A stretch of DNA of 64,000 nucleotides from the NCBI RefSeq assembly GCF_963921235.1, contig NC_086097.1:212042001-212106000 (forward strand), written 5' to 3'. The position numbers and the translations under genes are program-made. This DNA is from Mobula hypostoma. Its lineage: Eukaryota. The notes beneath the pieces were generated by a model that worked only from the letters and a program-made list of their open reading frames with translations, was not told the origin of the DNA and did not search any database. Positions 37,609 to 62,274 of the stretch are shown piece by piece (the stretch's first letter is position 1; each line of letters starts with the position of its first letter).

Positions 37609-38889
37609 CAGGTTTCCCCCGCCATCCGAAGGTACAGCATTCCTATCAGATGGTTCGTAAGCCGGAATGTCGTAAAGTGAAAAAGCAATTACCATTTATT
37701 TATATGGGAAAAATTTGTGTTTGCAGACCCAAAAAATACCTACCAAAGCATGCCATATAACACATAAAATGTAAAATAACTAACATATAGTAAAAGCAGG
37801 AATGATGTGATAAATACACAGTCTATATAAAGTAGAAATACTTTTCTGCAATCATTGCACTGTCCATTGTAGTGAAAATCTCACGCAAGCACTCTTGGCA
37901 GAAACACTCTATCTCCAGTAACCTTTAAGCTTTGAAGCTGCCAAATCATACCAAATAACATATCAAAATACACAGCCTATATAAAGTAGAAATAATGTAC
38001 GGTGTAGTATCACTTACTGGAATCGGGAAGACAGCACACTGATGATGGTGTGTTAGGCTGAGTTGACCGAGGTTGGGGTGGTGGTACACTGGGGTGTCAT
38101 CTTATCATCTGTTTCCATCAGGGCAGGCAGGTCATCTTCTTCTGTGTCTTCCTGCCTCAATGTTGAAGGTCGAGGTTCGTCGTCTGCTATGGCTGATGTG
38201 GAAGGCTTGAAAAACGACAATATGCTTGACTGCTTAGCCTCGCACATTTTTCTATCATACAGTTCTTTGTAAGCACTCAAACCATCTTGGAAATATGCCC
38301 TAAACCTATGTACCCTTTCAAAATTAAAGTCATACTTTTCTGCAATCATTGTTATCAATTGCAGTGAAAATCTCATGCAGTTGCTTCACGTTCAGTTCCT
38401 GGACGACTTCACTTTCGGTCCGTTCGCTACTGCATTTGGTTTCGATTGTTATCCTTTCCGCTTCCAATTGCATCAGCTCTTCATCTATCAGTTCTTGGTC
38501 ATGGGATGCCAAAACCTCTTCAGCATCATCTTTGTCAACTTCCACAAGCCAAACTCACCTTGCCCTTACTTCGTTCACCACGATCGAAACGCTTAATTAT
38601 GTCTAGTCTTACGAGCTCTTTTAGGCTTTTCCGATACCTTAGAACTCATCTTGCTAACGGAATAAATGTCAAAATAAATCAACACAAAGCACAGATGCTC
38701 ACAGGCACATGTTTAAGCAATGTTGGCTAGAATGCAGTTCCGGGGGAGGAACTTGGCCGCTCGGGAAGTGCACTGCCTTTTTTCATAACAGTGAAAACAC
38801 CTTCTGTTAGCGAAAACAGGTAACTAATGTAGGTCTTTCGTAACAGCGAGGTATCGTAAGACAAACATTCGAAAAGCGGGGGACACCTG
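37609..38889 (-). mobile_element. pogo/Tigger-type DNA transposon, internal-deletion derivative
   Basis: TA|CAGGTTTCCCCCGC...GCGGGGGACACCTG|CA imperfect TIRs. Tigger C-terminal remnants EEVLASHDQELIDEELMQLE and YKELYDRK..KQSSILSFFK. Confidence 0.85.
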
Positions 38890-40922
38890 CATCTAGAGTC
38901 ATAACAGCCTTGTGTTGCTTGTCACACTCACCTCAATTTAATGAAGCCTCAGCTGCAGTTTTAATGACAACAATGGCCGTCAAATGCTGTACAAGAATAG
39001 ATTCTGAATTGCAAGTAGCATGGTATGACATGGAAATAACTGACAACGAGCTCTACTCATCCTCACACTTCTATTTACTTAAAGCTTCAGATGGTGCACA
39101 TCCCAATGGAGGCATTTGGTTTCTACTTAAAAATGAAAACATAACAATTATTGCATAATGTGTGAAAAATACAGCAATGTTGAAATTCAATCATTCTCTA
39201 TATACTGTTACGTTATGAATATTTCCACCATTTCCAATCCATTTTACAAATACTTAAGCGTGTCTACAACGACCTTAAACAGAATAAATAATTACTCTTC
39301 AAAAATACAGCCCCAAGTTGAAGTAAATGAGCAGAAATTTTACATTTCTAGTTGCCAAGTATTTACATACATTAAAGTTTTCCTAATTGTATATTCACAT
39401 TCCACCTTGTCCTGAGATTATCTTTCTAAATTAATCTTGGAAGACTATACAGAAATAATTTGGTGCTGATAAATCATATGTGCTGGTTACATAAAAATCA
39501 ATTTTAATGCACCATTTCAAATGGGTCAAGATTTGGAAAAAGTTGCTGATATAGTTCCACAGATTAATAGGATCTAATATTTACCATTAATACAAAGGTG
39601 TATATCTAAATTATTGCAATAAACAAAATGTCCCTTTTCCCCAATGATATTAAAAATATATTTTTGTGATACCGTGCATTAAGTGATGCAGGAATTTATC
39701 TGGGATTTTACAATTAGAAGTTGGGATTGTCAAAAAAAAAGTACTAGTATAGAGATTCCTACTACAGACATAAATCTAGCAATTAGCGAGGGCTTCTTAC
39801 TATAGTGCAAAATAATTTAGAAGGGTTAAGGAACATATATTGATGTCTGCACTTAATAGCTAATTTTAGGAAATTTGTGCCTTGTACAGAACAGAATCTA
39901 AAAGCCAGGTAAAAGTGAAGTCATTTTGAATGTACAATCTATTAGCAGATTAATCAATGTATTTACATGTACCTACAAATTTCAAAATTTACAACATTCC
40001 CATGTCATTATAACTGTCAGTTAACAAATTACTTTAATACCATTTGTAATTAATTTTGCCGCAATTAAGTAAATACTTGTAATGGCACATTTACATCAGC
40101 ATCCCACCACAACAATTACCGAGACCTACTGGCAAAATCTGTTTCATCCATGCTATATGAAATTACTTTTTAATGCATTTAATTTTTGTCAGTAATTATC
40201 ACAGATTTTTATGTTTTCAAGAATTTGATTTCAGCCTCTAAAGGCATCAAGGCACAATGTTGACTGTGAACACTTGATCATATTTCTATCAACGGAACAT
40301 CATTTTAACTTAAGAATTCATCTGGCTGTAAATGCTATGGAGTCTAAAGATCCATTCAGTTTCACAGATAGCCATTCTGCACTGATGTGAATGGACCCAC
40401 ATCAAAAATGAAACAAACCTCAGTTCATGAACAGAATTACAAGACATGAGCCTACCAAATCATGACTAGTCCTAACCCAATATAATTGACTAGATTCACA
40501 TGCATTGTTAATACTAATTGAAGTTCACAAACTTATGATAAATGCATATTACCAGACTGCAATGCCAAACAGCAACTAAAATTCAATAAATAGCTTTAAA
40601 ATGTACAAATTTTAGTCAATTCCAAGTAAAATTACTGCTGTAACCATTCTTTCCGTAATGGGAAACTTTCAAAAATATAGTTTCTGTGCTGCAATATGAT
40701 ACAGGATTTGCGGGGGGGGGGGGGGGTGGAAATCAATGAAAGGTCTTGCAAGGAAACAGTCTAAAAGGTTATCTAAATGAACATTCGCATTTTCACAAGG
40801 ATCGAGTTACTTAAAATGATTACTCATCCATACATTTGTGGATACACAGCTTCAATAAGTCAAACTGTCAGAAAAAGGGGCTAGAAGCTAGTTTCAAGTT
40901 TTTTTCTCCCAGAGAAAGGCAC

Positions 40923-51460
<10,538 letters not shown>

Positions 51461-53809
51461 TCAAAGAAAAGTACAACCCAATTACTTTTAACTGGATGCA
51501 AATTTCCCTTTATGCAAAACATACAAAATAAATCTATCAACTTGTTTGTATTTGCAATTTGCTGTCAAGTCTTATTTAATTTTTCAGTTTGGTTAACACC
51601 ATGAAATGAAACGATAGATTTTGAATCTGTAGTATAACTGTTATAGGTTTACTTATGAGTCTTACTTAAAATGAACAACTTTATCATTTGCGTGAAGGAG
51701 AATATATAAAAATATATTTAAAAAAATTAACCACACATCATTTTTGTGATTACAGAAAACACTAATTTTATTTTGTAATGCCAAACCTTCTCCAGTTGCT
51801 GTTTAGGAAGTTAGCATGGGTAGAGTGAACCAAAAAGCTAATTTATGCAGTATTGCTCTATTTATTAGCAAGACTTCAAAGCCACTACACTACTCAACAT
51901 GTTTTTCAGGATAGAGAACATACAAGAAAAACTTAACCAATTTTTAACCTTCTTGCCTGTTCGTCCTATGTTCAAATCTCATGTTTTATGTTTTGTGTCT
52001 CTGAAATCAAGATACTTCAGATGGTGCTAGCACATAATTTCTCAGCAACTCAGATACAAAACTCTTTCTCTGTATCCTTTTCTCTGATACTGTATGTGCT
52101 TTGAGAAGCAAGAGTTCCTGACTTTGCTTCTAAGCCAGCTTGTAGACTCCTAACTTGGCACTATTACAACGTAGAAGACAATGGGGTACAAATAGCAAGT
52201 GGATTACAAAAGTATAAATTGGAAAAAGAAGATAGGTGGATAAATGTAGACTGAGTGGGCAGGTGGAAGAAATGGTGGGATTATGGAGAAAGAACCTGTT
52301 TAAAAGAGAAGATGAGGCAGAACTGACTGGTAAGTTAGTTGTTGAAAATAACAGCTACAGCGTCATTACTAAACACCAATTTTCAGAACATCAAATCAGA
52401 TCAGATTGAGAAAAGTGAATAAGGCTGGAAAAAAGTGCTTAATTTAGGGAATATCCATTGAGGCATCCATCACATTTGTTGCAGTAACTTTTTTTTTGAT
52501 CAATCAAGAGAAGAACGACGCTGTGAAGGAAAAGGCCAAAAGAAATAAACAACTAATTTGAAGAACTCCGTAGTTCTCAGATAAGGAAGCAAGACTCCAA
52601 AGGATAAATGGAGCATATTTATCTTTTCTTCAGAGGAAAGAGGTTGAAGTGAGGAAAATATCCAGGCAAGAGAATGGTTCAGCATAGGAAAATAAACAAA
52701 GTGAAAATACATCTCATTACTATATCTTTTCTGGTTTATGGACCTAAAACATTAAAATACTTTTCCTCTCTCCACTGATACTGCTTGAACAGCAGAACGT
52801 TTTCAGCACTGGCTGCTTTTTGCTTTTGACATCTTTTCCATATCTCTCAATATTTGAAGCAGGCAAATAAACAGTGGATAGCTGAACTGGAAGAGGTTTG
52901 GGCAGTGTGCAAAGCAAGTCTACACATCAATAATTCAAGGCGTGCAGATGACATTACATGATATGACAAAAACAACTGAATAAGAGCATGAAGAACAATG
53001 TCTTAGCCAGTAGTGTGTGACCTTTGCCATGATTATCCTCAACACTAGTGCCCCACGAGGCTGAGTCCTCAGTTCCTACTCTATACCCTATACATTCATG
53101 ACTGTGTGGCCAGTTGCAGCTGCGTGGTTGTGAAAACTGAACTTATTATTCAAGATGCAAAGTTCAAAGTACATTTATTATCAAAGTATATATACAACCC
53201 TGAGATTCACCTCCTTACAGGCGGCTCCGCAGAACAAAGAGGACCAATAGAACTCATTAAAAAAAGAATGTCAAACAGACAATGTGGAAAAAAAACCAAA
53301 TCGTGCAAACAATAAAAAGTAAGCAAATAACATTCAGAATTGACGTTCACAAAAGTGAGTTTATAGCCGTGAAGCCAGTTCATCGCTGCAGCTGGTCCAG
53401 GAGCCCATTAGTTGTAGGCCATAGCCTCAGTTCAGTATAGAGATGAGTAAATCTCACCAAGCTGAACACTGGCCTGTCACTCACCATTGACCTCAACGCC
53501 TTAATCTTTTCAATGGGGCCCGACACTTAAATTGGCCGTTCATTGGCACATTCCTCACTCTTGGACTCAGGCCCTGCCGTTTCAATGCGCTCTTGGGCCC
53601 AGGCCCAGGCCCTGCCCTGCCGCCTCAATTCAGCTCATACTCAACCTTGCCAATGTGGCCAAGCACTTAAATCAGTCAAACATCAGCCTGTTCCTTACTT
53701 TCAGCCTGTGCTCCTCCGTCTCAGCTCGCCTCACCTTGGATCTGCCATTTCGAATCAGCTCCAAGTCCACTCCAACAATGGCCAAACATTGGCACATTTC
53801 TCGCTCTTA

Positions 53810-56800
53810 GGCCAATATCAGAGAGCTGAGGATGAGCAAGCAGGTTTACAAGTAGATGATGGGTGTAATATGAATGAAAGGAAGGACAAGCCAATGATTG
53901 GGTACAAATGCAGACAGTGCAAAGAGTTAAATTGTACCACAGAGACAAAATTAAGAAGTGCGAAGAATGCAGGACTGAAGGTGCTATATTTAAATGCACT
54001 TAGCATTCAGAATTAGGTGGATGATCTCGTGGCCTTAGTGGCGGACCAATCAATTCAAAGAGGGAGAGCTTTGCATAGGTCGGGGAGAAGGGTTTAAAAA
54101 AAAAGGAGCATTTCACGGGGCCTGGCACACCAACTGATTCGCAGAGAGAAAGAGCTTCACACAGGTCAGGGAGGAAAGTTTAAAAAAAGGAGTACTTCAT
54201 GGGGCTCGATGCATTAGTGACAGACCAATCAATTCGCAATTCATTAGCAGGAGTAAATAAAAGTAAAGCAGGTCAAAGCACAGCAGCCACTGTGTGAGTG
54301 GACCAGTGTAGGAGTGGGAACTTGATGCTTTGGCTCAAGAGGCTTCGGTGAGGAGGCACAGGTGAGTAGCAGTTAAAGCTTTTGTAGTGGTTGAATAAAA
54401 AGTCACTAAATTACAGCTAATTAAATAAAGTAGGGTGATGTGCTGTAGCTGCATGATGTGGGAGCTGGTGGAGCCCATTGTGGTTCCTGGTGACCACATC
54501 TGCAGCAAGTGTTGGCTGTTCGAGGAACTCAGGCTCAAAGTTGATGACCTGGAATCTGAGCTTCAAACACTGCGGCACATCAGGGAGGAGGAAGAGTTAC
54601 CTGGATTCTCTGTTTCAGGAGGTAGTCACATCCATTAGATTAGCTACCTCAAATTCGGTCTGTGGTCAGGGAGAAGAGGGGTATGACTGTGAGTGAGACA
54701 GGCAGTGGGATCCAAGAGACAGTGCTGCAGGAGCCTCAGCCCTTGAGCTTGTTCAACAGGTCAGACATTCTTGCTCCCTGTGTAGATGAGAGTGGGGGCT
54801 GTAGGAAGGATGAGCAACCTAACTGTGGCACTGTAGTTCAGGGAGCCATTCAAGAGAGCGGAAAAGAAAGACAAATGTAATGGAAATTGGGGATAGTATA
54901 GTCAGGGGATAGGACAGAGCATCACGAAGGCTGTGAGGCTTGCCTGGTGCCTGGGTTCAGGACATCTTATCTGACCTGCAGAGGAACTTGCAGTGGGAGG
55001 GGAAAGATCCCAGTTGTCATGGTCCATGTGGGTATCAACGACATAGGTAGAATGAGGAAAGAAATTCTGATGAGGGAATCTGAGCAGCTAGGGGCTAAAT
55101 TAAAAAGCAGAACCAAAAAGGAGGTAACCTCTGGATTACCGCCTGTGCCACGTGCAAACTGGCACAGGGTTAAGAAGATTAGACAGTCAAATGTAAGGCT
55201 TGCAGATTGGTATGGGAGAAGTGGGTTTGAATTCTTGGGAAACTGAACCGGGAAAGTGTGGATAAAGATAAAGCAAAAGATAAAAAAACAGAAAAGTGAG
55301 AGTGGAGTGAAGAAAAGTCAAGTGCAAAAGAGTAAAAGATTACAAGATTTTAAAAGCACAATGAGTGGAATGGCACCTTATTTGAATCCCCGTAGTATTC
55401 GAAACAAGGTCATTAAACTTGCGGCACAAATCAGTATAAAGAGATATGATTTAGTGGCCATTACAGAGACGTGGTTGCAGGGTGGAGAGGATTGGGAATT
55501 AAATATCCAAGGATATTGGGTAATACAGAAGGATAGGTAGGAAGGAAAGGGAAATAGTGCTCTTAATTAAAGATGAGATCAGTGTGATAGTGAGAGATGA
55601 TACAAGATCAAAGCAGCAGAATGTTGAATCCACCTGTGTAGAAATTAGGAATAGTAAAGAGAAAAAAAACACTGGTGGAAGTTGTCTATCAGCCACTGAA
55701 TAAAAACATTGCAATAGCACAGGCAATAAACAGAGAAATATCTGAGGCACGCAAGAATGGAACAGCAGTTATCATGGGGGACTTCAACTTGCACAAAGAT
55801 TGGGTGAATCAAGTTGGTCAAGGCAGACTTGAAGACATCATAGAATGCATCCGTGATGGCTTTTTTGAACAATGTGTTACTGAACCTACAAGAGAACGTG
55901 CTATCTTAGATCTGGTCCTATGCAATGAGACAGGTAAAATTAATGATCTTGTAGTTAGGGATCCTCTTGGAAAGAGTGATCACAGTATGACTGAATTTCT
56001 CATACAAATGGAGGGTGCAATAGTTCAATCGAAAACCAGTGTATTATGCCTAAACAATGGAGACTACAATGGGATGAGGGAGAATTTGGCTAGTGTAGAC
56101 TGGGAACCAAGGGTATACGGTGGGACGGTTGAAGAACAATGGAAGACTTTCAAAGAGATTTTTCACGCTGCTCAACAAAAGTATATTCCAATTAAAGGCA
56201 AGGACAGTAAGGCTGGGGAGAGCCAGCCTTGGATAACTAAGGAAATAAAAGAAGGCATCGAAATAAAAGAAGGCATCAAACTAAAAGCTCATGCATACAA
56301 GAGTAGTGAGAAACCTTTAAAAAGCAACAAAGAACCACATAGCAAGCAATAAAGAAAGGGAAGTTAGATTATGAAAATAAACTAGCACAAAATATAAAAA
56401 TGGATAGTAAAAGTTTTTATAATTATATAAAGCGGAAAAGGATGGCTAAAGTGAACGTAGGTCCCTTGGAGTACGAGAAGGGGGAATTGATACTGGGTAA
56501 TGAGGGAATGGCAGAGGCTCTGAATGACTTTTTTTTGTCAGTTTTCATGGTGGAGGACATGTCTAACATGCCAAAGAGAGATGTTATGGATGTGATGGGA
56601 GGTGAGGACCTCAATACAATAACTATCACTAAAGAGGTAGTGTTGAGCAAACTTGTGGGACTGAGGATAGATAATTCCCCTGGTCCTGAAGGAATGCATC
56701 CCAGGGTACTGAAAGAAATGGCAGAAGCTATAGTAGAGGCTTTGGTAATAATTTACCAAAATTCTCTGGACTCTGGGCAGGCCCTGGCAGATTGGAAGAT

Positions 56801-59800
56801 GGCGAACGTCACGTTCAAAAAAAGGACGTAGACAAAAGGCAGGTAACTATAGGCCAGTTAGTTTAACATCTGCAGCTGGGAAAGTGCTCGAAGCTATCAT
56901 TAAAGAAGAAATACCGAGGCATCTGGAAAGAAATGGATCCATCAGGCAGACACAGCATGGATTCAGTAAAGACAGGTCCTGTTTGATAAACTTACTGGAT
57001 TTCTTTAACGAGCTCAGTGGATAGAGGAGAACAGATGGACGTTATTTACTTGGATTTCCAGAAGGCTTTTGATAAGGTGCCACATAAAAGACTTACCCAT
57101 AAGATAAGGATGCATAATTTGGGAGTGATGTATTAGCATGAATAAAAGATTGGTTAACTAATAGAAAAGAGAGAGTTGGGATACATGGGTGTTACTCTGG
57201 TTGGCAATCAGTGGTGAGTGGTGTGTCGCAGGGTCGATGCTGCACCCACAAATGTTCATGATATACATTAGCAGTCTGAAAGAGGGGGCCGAGTGTACTG
57301 TATATAAGTTTGCCAATTATACTAAATTGAGTGGAAAAGCAAATTGCGCAGAAGATACAGAGAGATATACCATAGATAGGTTAAGTGAGTGGGCAAGGGT
57401 CAGGCAGATGGAGTACAATGTTAGTCAATGCGAGGTCAACCACTTTGGAAGGAAAAATGAAAGAGCATGTTATTATTTAAATGGTAAAGAATTGCAGCAT
57501 GCTGCTGTGCAGAAGGATCTGGGAGTGCTTGTGCACGAACCAAAAAGGTTGGTTTGCAGGGGCAGCAGGTTATCAAGAAGTCAAATGGAACGTTGGGCCT
57601 CATTGCTGGAGGGATTGAATTTAAGAGCAGGGAGGTTATGCTGCAACTGTTCAACGTACTGGTGAGGCTGCACCTGCAGTACTCCGTGCAGTTCTGATAT
57701 CTTTACTTGGGGAAGGATATACTAGCTTTGCAAGCGGTGTAGAGGAGGTTCACCAGGTTGATTCCAAAGATGAGAGGATTAGACTAAGAGGAGAGATTGA
57801 GTCGCCTGGGACTGTACTTGCTGGAATTCAGAAGAATGAGGGGAGATCATATAAAAACATAAAATTATTAAAGAAATAGATAAGATAGAGGCATAAAAGT
57901 TGTTTCCACTGGTAGATGAGACTAGGACTAGGGGACATAGCCTCAAGATTTGGGGGAGTAGACTTAGGGTGGAGATGAGGAGGAACTGCTTTTCCCAGAG
58001 AGTGATGAATCTGTGGAATTCTCTGCCCAATGAAGCATCGGAGGCTACCTCAGTAAATATATTTAAGACAAGGTTGGATAGATTTTTGCATAGTAGGGGA
58101 ATTCCGGGTTATGGGGAAAAGGTAAGTAGATGGAGATGAGTTCATGGCCAGATCAGCCATGAACTTATTGATCAGGCTAGATGGGCTAGGTGGCCTACTC
58201 CTGCTCCTATTTCTTATGTTCTTATGTGGCGCAATTCGAGATTGGTTGGTATGACGTTGTGGGCATCACTGTGTCATGGCTGAAAGAAGGTCATAGTTGG
58301 GAGCTTAACATTAAAGGATATACTTTGTATTGAAAGGACAGGCAGGAAGATACAGGCAGTGGAGTGGCTCTGTTGGTAAGAGATAGAATTACATCTTTAG
58401 AAAGAGGTGAGATAGAGTCAGAAAATGTCTAATCTTTGTCGGAGGAGTTAAGAAACTGCAAAAATAAAACATCGGAATCATATATAGCCCTCCAAATAGT
58501 AGCCAAGATGTCAGGTTGAAATTGCAAAGGAAGTTGGAAAAGACATGTAATAAGGGTAATGTCACAATTGTAATGGGGGACTTCAAAATACAAGGGGATT
58601 GGGAAAATCAGGTTGGTATCAGATCATAAGAGAGGGAATTTGTTGAATGCCACCTCGTTGGCATTTAGAGCAGTTTGTGCTTGAGCGTACTCAGGGAAAG
58701 GCCATCTTAGATTGGCTGTTGTTTAATAATCCAGATTTTATTAGTGAGCTGAAGGTAAAGGGACCTTAGAAGCAGTGATCATAATATGATTGAATTCATA
58801 TTGCAATTTGAGAGGGAGAAGTGCAAGTTACCTGTATCAGTATCATAATGGAATAAAAGAAATTAGAGGCAAGAGATGAGCTTGCCCAGGTGGACTGGAA
58901 GGGTCTCTGGGAGGGGATCAGAGCAGAGCAGAGGTGGCTGAAGTTTCTGACAATAATTCACAAGGCACAGGATAGATCTGTCCCACAGAAGTAGATGTTC
59001 TCAAATGGCAGGGGTAGGAACCATGGCTGACAAGGGAAGTTAAGGACTGCATAAAAGACAAGGAAAAGGTATATAATGCAGCAAAAGTGAGTGGGAAGAT
59101 GGATGATTGGGAAGTTTTTTAAATCCAACAAAAGGTAACTAAAAAAGCCGTAAGAAGGGAAAAAATGAAATATGAGGGCAAACTAGCTAATGATATAAAG
59201 CAGGATACCAAAAAGTTTTTTTCCAGTTATATAAAGAGTAAAAGGGAGGTGCAAGTTGATCTTGAAAATGATGCTGGTGAGGTAGCAATGGAGGACAAAG
59301 AAATGACAGATGAACTTAATAGGTACTTTGTATCAGTCTTCACGTTGGAAAACACTAGCAGTGTGCCAGAGGTCCGTGAGTGTCAGGGAGCAGGAATGAG
59401 TGGCATTGCTATTACAAAGGAAAAAATACGTGGCAAACTGAAAGACGTTAAGTTGATTAAGTCACTTGGATCAGATAGACTACATCCCAGAGTTCCGAGA
59501 GTGGTTGCCGAAGACACAGCAGATGGATTGATCATGATGTTTCAAGAATCACCTGATTCTGGTTTGGTTCTGGAGACTGGAAAATTGCAAATGTCACTCC
59601 ACTCTTCAAGAAGGGAGGAAGGCAAAAAAAGGAAATTATAGGCCATTTAGCCAAACTCTGTGGTTGGGAAAGTGTTGGAGTCTATTCTTAAGGATGAGGT
59701 TTCGGGGTATTTGGAGACTAATGATAAAATAAGTCAGCATGATTTCTGTAAAGGAAAAGGAAAATATTGCTTGACAAATCTGTTTAGAGTTCTTTAAGGA

Positions 59801-60280
59801 AGCAACAAGCAAGGTGGACAAAGGATAGACAGTGGATGATATATACTTGTATTTTCAGAAAGCATTTGATAAGGTCCCACACATGAAGCTGCTTAACAAG
59901 ATAAAATCCCATGACATTACAGGAAAGATACTGACATGGATAGAGGAATGACTGACAGACAGGAAGCAGCAAGTGGGAATAAAGGGGGTCTTTTCTGATT
60001 GGCTAGTGGTGTTCCTCAGAGGTCAATTTTGATATGGTTACTTATCACATAATTTATCAATGACTTAGATAATGGAATTGATGACTTTGTAGCAAAGTTT
60101 GCAGACGAAACGAAGATAGGTGGAGGAGTAAGTAGTGCTGAGGAAGCAATGCAATTGCAGAAGGACTTAAGACAAATTGGAAGAATGGGCAAAATGGGCA
60201 AAAAAGTGGCAGATGGAATGCAGTGTTGGGAAATGAATGACACTGCATTTTGGTAAAAGGAACAACATTGCAGACTATTA
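53810..60280 (+). mobile_element. CR1 ORF2 host element (53810-54033 joined to 58226-60280)
   Basis: KVLYLNALSIQN*VDDLVA continues after the insert as QFEIGWYDVVGITVSWLKEG, followed by EN and RT remnants. Confidence 0.85.
54034..58225 (+). mobile_element. Full-length decayed CR1 LINE nested in another CR1
   Basis: 5' tandem repeats, ORF1 CCSCMMW..CSKC..VMVHVGINDIG, ORF2 EN/RT and a (TTCTTATG)2 tail; GTGGC duplicated at 54029-33 and 58226-30. Confidence 0.9.
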
Positions 60281-60284
60281 AGGG

Positions 60285-60800
60285 GTCAAAGAGATTGTGG
60301 GAGAGACTCTTGGTAATGCTAAGGGCCCTGTGCAGATAGCTCTACTAGTAAATATCTCGACTGGGTGGAAGAGAGACCCCGATGATCCTCTCAGCAATTC
60401 TTGCAATTGTAGCGGTCAGATGTCTTGTAATTCCCGTACCAGGCAGTGATGCATCTGGTCATTTGTTAGAATCTTCGATGACGTACCAAATCTCCCTAAG
60501 TTTCCTAAAAGGTAAAGATGCTGATATACATTCTTTGTGGTTGCAGCTATGTGCTGGGCCTAAGATAGCTTCTCCAAGATGTTGACGCCTAGGAACTTGA
60601 AGCTATTCACCCTTTCCACCTCTGACCCTTCAATAACGATTGGAATTAGCCTTACTTCCTCATCAAAAAGTCCACAATCATTTCCTTACTCTTGCTTACA
60701 TAGATGTTGTTATGGTTACATGGTTTTTATTTTGACATAATTCAAATAGTTAAAACTATCCCACAGCTATATACCATCTCATTAACATCTGTGATTCTGA
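60285..60800 (-). mobile_element. Rex1/Babar- or L2-like RT remnant
   Basis: Reverse strand encodes ERVNSFKFLGVNI..AQHI; similar to 22030-22445. Confidence 0.55.
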
Positions 60801-60829
60801 CAGCAATGTTTGGGTCTTTGGTAATGGAT

Positions 60830-62256
60830 AATGGATGTTACTCCACTCCTTAAGAAGGAAGGACAACAAAAGAGAGGAAATTATAAGCCAGTTAACCTAA
60901 CCTCAGTGGTTGGGAAAGCGTGGGAGTTTATTAGTAAGGATGAGGTTTTAGGGTACTTGTCAAAGTCAGCGTGGTTTCTGTAAAGGAAAATCTTGCCTGG
61001 CAAATCTGTTAGGGTCCTTCGTGGAAGTAACAAGCAGGGTGGACAAAGGAGAGGCAGTACATGTCACTTACTTAGATTTTCAGAAGGCATTTGACTGCCA
61101 GGTTTGATAAGGCACCTCACGCATGAGGCTGCTTAACAAGATAAAATCCTATGGTATTACAGGAAAGATACTGGCATGGATAGAGCAATGGCTGACAGGC
61201 AGGAGGCAGCAAGGGGGAATAAAGAGGGCCTTTTCTGGTTGGCTGCCGGTGACTAGTGGTGTTCCTCAGGGGTCAGTATTGGAACCACCACTTCTCACAT
61301 TGTTTGTCAATGATTTAGATGAAGGAATTGATGGCTTTGTGGCAAAGCATGCGGATGGTACGAAGATATGTGGAGGGGTAGGAGGTGCTGAGGAAGCAAT
61401 GCAATTGCTGCAGGACTTAAGACAAATTGGAAGAATGGGCAAAAAAGTAGCAGATGGAATACAGTGTTGGGGGAATGTATGCTAATACATTTTGGTAAGA
61501 GGAGCAATAGTGCAGACTATTATCTAAATGGGGAGAAAATTCAAACATTAGGGGTGCAAAGGCATTTAGGAGTCTTTGTGCAAGACTCCCAGAAGGCTAA
61601 TTCACAGGTTGAGTCTGTGGTAAAGAAGGCATTTATTTCAAGGGGAATAGAATATAAAAGCAAGGAGATAATGCTGAGGCTTTATGACACTAGTCTGGCT
61701 GCACTTGGAGTACTGTCAACAGTTTTGTGCCCTATATGTCAGAAAGGATGTGTTGTCATTGGGGAGAGTCCAGAGGAGGTTCACGAGGATGATTCTGGAA
61801 ATGGAGGGGTTAACATATGAGGAGTGTTTGGCAGCTTTGGGCTTGTACTCACTGGAATTTAGAAGAAGAATGTATGGGGATCTCACTGAACCTACTGAAT
61901 GTTGAAAGGACTGGATAAGGCAGATGTGGAGAGGATGCTTCCTCTGGTGGCATTGTCCTGAATGAGAGGACACAGCCTCAGAACTGAAGGGCAACCCTTT
62001 AGCACAGAGGTAAGGAGGAATTTTTTAGCCAGCGAGCAGTGAATCTGTGGAATGTTCTGTCACAGACAGTTGTGGAGGCCAAGACCGTGGGTATATTTAA
62101 AGTGAAAATTGATAGTTTTCCGATTGGTCAGGGCATCAAAGGTTTTGGTGAGAAGGCAGGTGTATGGGGTTGAGTGGGATCGGGAATCAGCTATGATGGA
62201 ATGGCAAAGCAGTCTTGATGGGCCGAATGGCTTAATTCTGCTCCTATATCTTATGA
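60830..62256 (+). mobile_element. CR1 3' half, same family as the 58226-60280 segment
   Basis: [39 protein letters not shown]; 3' tail. Confidence 0.87.
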
Positions 62257-62274
62257 TTTCATGGTTTCCCCTCA

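Noticed and set aside
40712..40726. Poly-G run in the NSMAF 3' region (also G/C runs at ~655, ~4505 and ~27701)
   Set aside because: Simple homopolymers of uncertain length; no further structure supports a function.
54320..54345. Resemblance of GCTTTGGCTCAAGA to the U2 snRNA 5' region
   Set aside because: Only a short gapped match; the rest of U2 is absent and the motif sits in CR1 5'UTRs.
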